NCBI GenBank assembly: GCA_043827405.1
Contig: JBDRPD010000054.1
Span: forward strand, 1 to 64,000
Source of the DNA: Elusimicrobiota bacterium
GTDB taxonomy: Bacteria > Elusimicrobiota > Elusimicrobia > UBA1565
Length of the DNA stretch: 64,000 nucleotides
Reading direction: 5' to 3'
Shown here: positions 59,436-64,000 of the stretch, one piece after another
Layout of the letters: each line of letters starts with the position of its first letter
Numbering within the stretch: the stretch's first letter is position 1
The notes under the pieces: model-generated
The model's database searches: none
What the model was told of the DNA's origin: nothing
What the model saw: only the letters and a program-made list of their open reading frames with translations
Translations under genes and position numbers: made by a program

Positions 59436-59909
59436 TCAGTGCATAATTGGCTTTGACATCAGCGTGACTTCATTGCCTACGAGCGGACCATGAGCGCAAC
59501 GCTTTCGATTGACCACTTCCATGCCCAGGGACCTGTAGAAGGGAACACCATGACCGGTAGTCCCCAGGGTCACCTCTTGATGGCCCGAAGCTGAGATTAT
59601 TCGCTCCGCCTCGTAAAATAGAAGTTTGCCAATCCCTTGGCGATGGGTGGTCGGGTCAACATAGAGCTTGGTAATCTCGTTCTCTTTTACCGCCACTGCA
59701 CCAGCAACTTGGTCATCACATGCTACAAGCCATCGGTATTCCTTAAACTGGTGCCGAACGGCTTCTACCGAGCCCCGTTCTTTTAAGATTGCCGCAAGCT
59801 GTTCTGGGGAAAACCCATCTGGACCGGCAATAAAGCGATAGCAGGCGCATAGGATTTCGCTCACGCGAGGAATATCATTTTCCTGCATTGGGCGCACCGT
59901 GTAGCGCAT
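59436..59909 (-). CDS. GNAT family N-acetyltransferase (cassette cargo)
   Basis: LYVDPTTHRQGIGKLL acetyl-CoA motif, FYRSLG. Lower GC than the flanks. Confidence 0.85.
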   Translation of the reverse strand: MRYTVRPMQENDIPRVSEILCACYRFIAGPDGFSPEQLAAILKERGSVEAVRHQFKEYRWLVACDDQVAGAVAVKENEITKLYVDPTTHRQGIGKLLFYEAERIISASGHQEVTLGTTGHGVPFYRSLGMEVVNRKRCAHGPLVGNEVTLMSKPIMH

Positions 59910-59977
59910 AAGATAATGGTAGCAAAGTGAAAATCCTCCAGAGGGGGGGCTCTGTTCGGTTATAACCTGTTATAACT

Positions 59978-60093
59978 GCTGCCTGTCGTTGGCAGTATTA
60001 GAACTTGGGTCGAGGCCCAAAATAGCCTAGAAGTGCAGAATGTCGCGGTTTCGGCCGGTTATCCACAACCCGAATAGGACGTAATCAGAACCG
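59978..60093 (+). repeat. Direct repeat copy A (116 bp), att-like junction with recombinase C-terminal-like remnant
   Basis: Near-identical to 60899-61014. Reads LPVVGSIRTWVEAQNSLEVQNVAVSAGYPQPE* on the + strand. Confidence 0.85.
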
Positions 60094-60146
60094 GCCGAGG
60101 ACCGAAGCCCGCAAAGAGAGATGCCGCGATCAACCCTTGAACGAAA

Positions 60147-60175
60147 GGCCAGGCTCGGGAATCCCGAGCCTGGCC
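60147..60175. terminator. Strong hairpin, probable terminator of the ORF6N gene
   Basis: GGCCAGGCTCGGG-AAT-CCCGAGCCTGGCC. Confidence 0.55.
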
Positions 60176-60252
60176 CTCGTCGCAGCGCAGAAAATCCCTG
60201 AGCTTTTCATGGGTTCCGCAGGATCCGAATAGGACGGTGCTCGAACCGGGGA

Positions 60253-60771
60253 TTAGCCGGGCTTAAACCCGATCCTGCGCGGCGGCTCATCACCGGGTTC
60301 CATCAGGTCTCTGATTGCGTTGAAAAGAAGTCCGATTTTCTCATCGTGGTTTCCGACCCGCTTTTCCAGGTCCTTCAGTTTCCGCGCAAGTTCCTTGTGG
60401 GCGCCGATCAGTCGCCTGAGCCGGACGAAGGCTCGGGCTATCTGGACACTTGCCCGGACGGCCATGGGAGTATTCAGCACGCTTGCGAGCATCACGGCGC
60501 CGTGCTCAGTGAAGGCGTAGGGACGGTAGCGGCGTCCGCCTCGTCCTGTTTTTGAGGTCACAGATTGTGACCTCAAAGATTGGGTTTCCTTTTCGTTTAG
60601 CTGGAACATGAAATCCAGCGGGAAACGTCCTTCGTTTCTACGAACAGCTTGGTTTAGATGCCGCGTCAGAACGCCGTAGATTTGAGCGAGGTCCGCGTCC
60701 AGCATGACGCGATGGCCCCGGATCAGCAGGATACGCGGAGCAATCGTCTCCGGCCCGACGGGCAGTCCCAT
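60253..60771 (-). CDS. ORF6N domain DNA-binding protein
   Basis: IRGHRVMLDADLAQIYGV, RNEGRFPLDFMFQL, PYAFTEHGAVMLASVL, RRIGF. Confidence 0.9.
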   Translation of the reverse strand: MGLPVGPETIAPRILLIRGHRVMLDADLAQIYGVLTRHLNQAVRRNEGRFPLDFMFQLNEKETQSLRSQSVTSKTGRGGRRYRPYAFTEHGAVMLASVLNTPMAVRASVQIARAFVRLRRLIGAHKELARKLKDLEKRVGNHDEKIGLLFNAIRDLMEPGDEPPRRIGFKPG

Positions 60772-60898
60772 ACTACTTATACGAATGAGACTAGAAAATC
60801 GTTCCCGAAAATTTCGTAACGGACGAATAAGGCCCCCCACAGGGAGGGCCTTCGTGCTGTTCCCGTTTTCTAAGTGTTATTAGAACTTCTGAAAGATG

Positions 60899-61014
60899 GC
60901 TGCCCGTCGTTGGCGGTATTAGAACTTGGGCGGGGGCCGAAAATGGCCTGGAAGTGCAAAATATCGCAGTTTTAGCCGGTTATCCACAACCCGAATAGGA
61001 CAGTAATAGAACCG
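60899..61014 (+). repeat. Direct repeat copy B (116 bp), att-like junction with recombinase C-terminal-like remnant
   Basis: Near-identical to 59978-60093. Reads WLPVVGGIRTWAGAENGLEVQNIAVLAGYPQPE*. Confidence 0.85.
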
Positions 61015-61015
61015 A

Positions 61016-61573
61016 TCAGGTTCGATCCGGTTCATGCCGTGGCTGGAATCCGATTCGTTTCCGGGGCTTCTCGGGTATAGACATGAGTTGGCGTATCGAT
61101 TCGAATACAGCTCTGATCTCTTTCGCAATCTCCCCCAATTTGACGTCATGTCCGCCCAAACGGTGTTCGATTTTTGCCAGCCGTCTGGCAAGGTGTTTGT
61201 TTGCGGTCAGAACCTCCCTCAGCTCTACGAATACACGGATGATCGTGATGTTTACCTGGATAGCTTGAGGGCTGTTGAGGACGCTTGATAGCATGGCGAC
61301 CCCTTGCTCCGTGAATACAAAGGGCGGGTATTTCGCGTGAGCGCCGCGGCTCTTTAAGGTGCCAATCTGGCACCATAAAGCATCGGACTCCGTCTTGGTT
61401 AACTCGAACATGAAGTCGGGCGGAAACCGGGTGATGTTTCTTCGGACTTGCCGTTTGAGTTGCCTTACCTCGACTCCATAAAGTCGGGCAAGGTCGCTAT
61501 CCAACATGACTTTTCTCCCACGGATGAAATAGATCAACTCGGCGATCTGGGCAGCGGAGATGATAAGTGTCAT
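61016..61573 (-). CDS. ORF6N domain DNA-binding protein
   Basis: IRGRKVMLDSDLARLYGV, RNITRFPPDFMFEL, FTEQGVAMLSSVL, KRIGF. Confidence 0.9.
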   Translation of the reverse strand: MTLIISAAQIAELIYFIRGRKVMLDSDLARLYGVEVRQLKRQVRRNITRFPPDFMFELTKTESDALWCQIGTLKSRGAHAKYPPFVFTEQGVAMLSSVLNSPQAIQVNITIIRVFVELREVLTANKHLARRLAKIEHRLGGHDVKLGEIAKEIRAVFESIRQLMSIPEKPRKRIGFQPRHEPDRT

Positions 61574-61740
61574 GTGTTGCCCGGTGTCTGTGTAGCGCCT
61601 CGGTCCGACGCGGACGGTGCAGGTTTTGGATGGCAGCGCCCCATACCCATATATACGAATGAGAGAGCGGTTTGGTTCCCAAGAAAGAGAAGCCCTCCAG
61701 TAGGAGGGCTGGACCAATAAGCTCCGGTTCGTTTGGGAAG

Positions 61741-61764
61741 TGGCTGGCCGACTGGGATTCGAAC
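61741..61764 (-). other. tRNA 3'-end fragment (tRNA-Gln-like), probable att site
   Basis: Minus strand GTTCGAAT-CCCAG-TCGGCCA-G-CCA is a T-loop, 3' T-stem, acceptor strand, discriminator G and CCA. No matching 5' half upstream. Followed on the minus strand by the terminator AGCCCTCC/GGAGGGCT plus a T-rich tail. Confidence 0.7.
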
Positions 61765-61802
61765 TCGTTACCCGGCGTCCGCCTCGCCCATGGTCCCCGC
61801 CT

Positions 61803-61818
61803 CTTGACTTGAGTCAAG
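61803..61818 (+). promoter_or_regulatory. Fnr/Dnr/HcpR-type palindromic binding site
   Basis: CTTGACT-TG-AGTCAAG about 30 bp upstream of a GATAAT -10 element (class II position), ahead of an Fe-S gene. Confidence 0.7.
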
Positions 61819-61875
61819 GCGAATCTCCCGTCCACAAGTGATAATAATGGTAGAACCGATTTACCGGAGGGCGTC

Positions 61876-62622
61876 ATGGCGAAACTAGCGAGCAGAAAGA
61901 TCGTCCATATCGATGCGGAGAAGTGCGACGGCTGCGGCGCCTGCATTCCCAACTGCGCCGAGGGCGCAATCGAGATCATCAACGGTAAAGCGAAGCTGCT
62001 GGCTGAGAATTTGTGCGACGGCCTCGGCGCCTGCCTCGGTACCTGCCCGCAGGATGCGATCAGGGTCGAAGAGCGTCCGGCCGAGGACTTCAACGAAGAA
62101 GCGGTTGAGAAGCGGCTTAAGGAGATCGAGCGGAAGAAAGTTGCCAAGAAGAAGCCCGCCGCGTCGCCCTGCGGCTGTCCCGGCTCGGCGATGAAGATGT
62201 TCAACAAGGGACCAAACCCCTTCGCATCTTCCGCCAAGCCCGCGTCCGGCGGCCAGTCGCAGCTGCGGCATTGGCCGGTCCAGCTCATGCTGCTGCCCGA
62301 GGGCGGCCCGATCTGGGACGGCGCCGACGTTCTGCTCGCCGCCGACTGCGTGCCGTTCGCCCTGCCGGACTTCCAGAGCCGCCTGTTGGCCGGGAAATCC
62401 TTGGCCGTGGCCTGCCCCAAGCTCGACAATACGGAGTTCTACGTGGAGAAGCTGGCCCGCATCTTCGAGGCCAACGACATAAAGTCTTGGACCATTGCCC
62501 GCATGATGGTGCCCTGCTGCGGCGGCCTCGAGCAGATCACCCAGCTGGCTATGGAAAAGGCGGGCAAGGAGATACCCGTTAAGGTCGTGGTCGTCAGCCC
62601 GGACGGGCAGATACTGCAGTAG
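61876..62622 (+). CDS. 4Fe-4S binding (ferredoxin-like) protein
   Basis: CDGCGACIPNCAEG, CDGLGACLGTCP, CGCPG, WPVQL, AADC, CPKLD, VPCC. Confidence 0.88.
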   Translation: MAKLASRKIVHIDAEKCDGCGACIPNCAEGAIEIINGKAKLLAENLCDGLGACLGTCPQDAIRVEERPAEDFNEEAVEKRLKEIERKKVAKKKPAASPCGCPGSAMKMFNKGPNPFASSAKPASGGQSQLRHWPVQLMLLPEGGPIWDGADVLLAADCVPFALPDFQSRLLAGKSLAVACPKLDNTEFYVEKLARIFEANDIKSWTIARMMVPCCGGLEQITQLAMEKAGKEIPVKVVVVSPDGQILQ

Positions 62623-62666
62623 ATGTCGTTGACAGCCTAGGCGCAGTGCGCTTTAATCTTATACAG

Positions 62667-62927
62667 ATGAAGCGTATCCTTTCCGCGCTGCTTTGCGTAC
62701 TGTTTCTCTCCACGCTGGCAACCCATGCTTGGGCGCACTCCAGTGACGAAGCCCCGGCGTGCAGGGTCTGCCACGTTCTCGACTCCGCTCAGCTCAACGG
62801 CGACGGCAATGTTGATCTCCTGCAGCAGGTCGTAGAGCCTGCTTTATTTCAGGTTACCGACGCGGCGGAGACGGACGCCGCCGGCCGGCGCCGCTCCATT
62901 CGCGCCCCTCCTTCCCCGCAGTCCTAG
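62667..62927 (+). CDS. DUF2946-like exported leader peptide with HxH/CxxCH and C-terminal RAPP
   Basis: Signal/TM, HAWAH...CRVCH, ends IRAPPSPQS. Directly upstream of an outer-membrane barrel gene. Confidence 0.72.
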   Translation: MKRILSALLCVLFLSTLATHAWAHSSDEAPACRVCHVLDSAQLNGDGNVDLLQQVVEPALFQVTDAAETDAAGRRRSIRAPPSPQS

Positions 62928-63004
62928 TCCTTCGCGCCCACCGAGTTATTTGCCGCCGAGCTTGCGGCGGCCGGCAGTTCGATAGAGACCTTTAGGGTAT
63001 TGAT

Positions 63005-64000
63005 ATGAGAACAATACGACCATTTGTGATATGCGCGCTGTTGTCGGCGGCATATACTTTCGCGCAAGCGCAGACGGAATTAAGCGTTCCGGGAGCGCTG
63101 CAAGCGTCCAACCGCATGAACCCTAATGTCAGCGTCATCGGCTGGCTGCAAGGGGAGACCGGCCGCCGCGCCCCAAATTTCGCCGGCGCGGATACGGCCG
63201 CTTTCCAGTTCAAGGAAGCGGAGCTGACTTTTCAGTCCGTCGTCGATCCCTACGGCAAGGCGGACATATTCATCGGCCTTCACGGAGAGGGGGGGATCGA
63301 GCTCGAAGAGGGCGTGCTCGAATGGTTCCGCATGCCCTTCGACCTGGCGTTGAAGGCGGGAAAGTTCCGGCCCGATATCGGACGGTTCAACCGCATTCAT
63401 CCCCCCGAGACCGCGTTCGCGGACCGGCCGCTGGTGCATGAGCAGTTTTTCGGAGAGGAGGGGCTTTCCAGCCCGGGCGCCGGTCTGTCTTGGCAAATCC
63501 CCAATCCCTGGCTGTTTCTGGACCTCAGCGCCCAGGCCGTCAATATCCCGGAGGCGGCGGAGGTCCCGGCGTTCGATAAGGCGCGCAAAGGCGACATCCT
63601 TTATGTCTCCCGGCTGAGCGGCTACTACGACCTGACGGACGCCGCCAACGTCGCTTTGGGCGGCAGTTTCGCGCATGGCGCGGCGGGGCAGGAGTTCATG
63701 GCCGTGACGAACTCCAGCCGGACGCTGCGCAGCGATATGGGCGGTCTCGACCTCCTCCTGCGTTGGAAGAACCCGCGGCGGGCGGTCTACCGTTCCGCTT
63801 TGTGGCAGACGGAAGTCTTCTGGTCCAAGCGCGACGCGGTAAGCGACAGTTCGCTGGGGAGCTGGGGGATGTTCACCCACCTGGAATATCAGTTCGCACG
63901 CCGCTGGCGGGCCGGGGCGCGCTACGACTATGCTCAGGTGCCGACCGACGGCTCACTGCATGAGGCGGGCGGGCTGGCTTACCTCACCTTCACCCCGAGC
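63005..64000 (+). CDS. Outer-membrane beta-barrel of the zinc/metal-regulated receptor type, truncated by the window edge
   Basis: Not in the ORF track. Manual translation MRTIRPFVICALL...MNPNVSVIG...KEAELTFQSVVDPY...LEEG...KAGKF...GRFNRIH. Confidence 0.72.
   Translation, partial: MRTIRPFVICALLSAAYTFAQAQTELSVPGALQASNRMNPNVSVIGWLQGETGRRAPNFAGADTAAFQFKEAELTFQSVVDPYGKADIFIGLHGEGGIELEEGVLEWFRMPFDLALKAGKFRPDIGRFNRIHPPETAFADRPLVHEQFFGEEGLSSPGAGLSWQIPNPWLFLDLSAQAVNIPEAAEVPAFDKARKGDILYVSRLSGYYDLTDAANVALGGSFAHGAAGQEFMAVTNSSRTLRSDMGGLDLLLRWKNPRRAVYRSALWQTEVFWSKRDAVSDSSLGSWGMFTHLEYQFARRWRAGARYDYAQVPTDGSLHEAGGLAYLTFTPS

Larger units (their letters stand above)
59330..61766. mobile_element. Tandem array of three integrase-less cassettes at a tRNA-derived att site
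   Basis: Four similar junctions (about 59370, 59978, 60897, 61741) bound GNAT, ORF6N and ORF6N. Lower GC than the flanks. Confidence 0.6.

Noticed and set aside
60059..60988. Replication origin suggested by two perfect DnaA boxes (TTATCCACA at 60059 and 60980)
   Set aside because: Each is a single box inside the duplicated 116-bp repeat (GYPQ codons), with no box cluster, DUE or dnaA.
59330..61766. CRISPR array, classical integron or DGR template/variable repeat
   Set aside because: The repeats are 116 bp with gene-sized spacers, there are no attC-type RYYYAAC/GTTRRRY palindromes at the junctions, no cas/intI/RT genes, and the mismatches are not adenine-specific.
61741..61815. Intact tRNA gene
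   Set aside because: Only the 3' ~24 nt are tRNA-like. There is no complementary 5' acceptor strand, D arm or anticodon arm.
63080..63880. 266-aa minus-strand ORF
   Set aside because: Antisense to the plus-strand outer-membrane barrel gene starting at 63005.

Overview
High-GC bacterial genomic window with about 52 protein genes and no intact rRNA, tRNA or CRISPR array. The gene content (PorV-like barrel, giant CTD-bearing surface protein, lineage-type secreted proteins with low-complexity leaders) suggests a free-living diderm such as Elusimicrobiota, which is an inference only. The main feature is a tightly coupled 17 kb operon (9392-26784). It encodes a receiver protein, a 3109-aa adhesin with about 29 Ig-like repeats and a T9SS/FlgD-type C-terminal domain, a PorV/PorP-like barrel fused to TPRs, a FliF-ring/FliG fusion, MotA, two MotB paralogs (one lacking the proton-binding Asp), a histidine kinase and an atypical OmpR regulator. 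No other flagellar genes are present, so this is a candidate repurposed rotary motor for adhesin secretion or surface motility. The second highlight is a tandem array of three integrase-less single-gene cassettes (GNAT, ORF6N, ORF6N) at 59330-61766, separated by att-like junctions and ending in a tRNA-Gln-like 3' fragment. Other features include a CHAT/DUF4384 pair sharing a KKMGV motif, a portable N-terminal leader on unrelated membrane proteins, an OxyR-controlled ferritin-like operon, a DEDDh-GrpB fusion and a DUF2946-type RAPP leader upstream of a metal-uptake barrel. All calls come from reading motifs by eye; no database searches were run.
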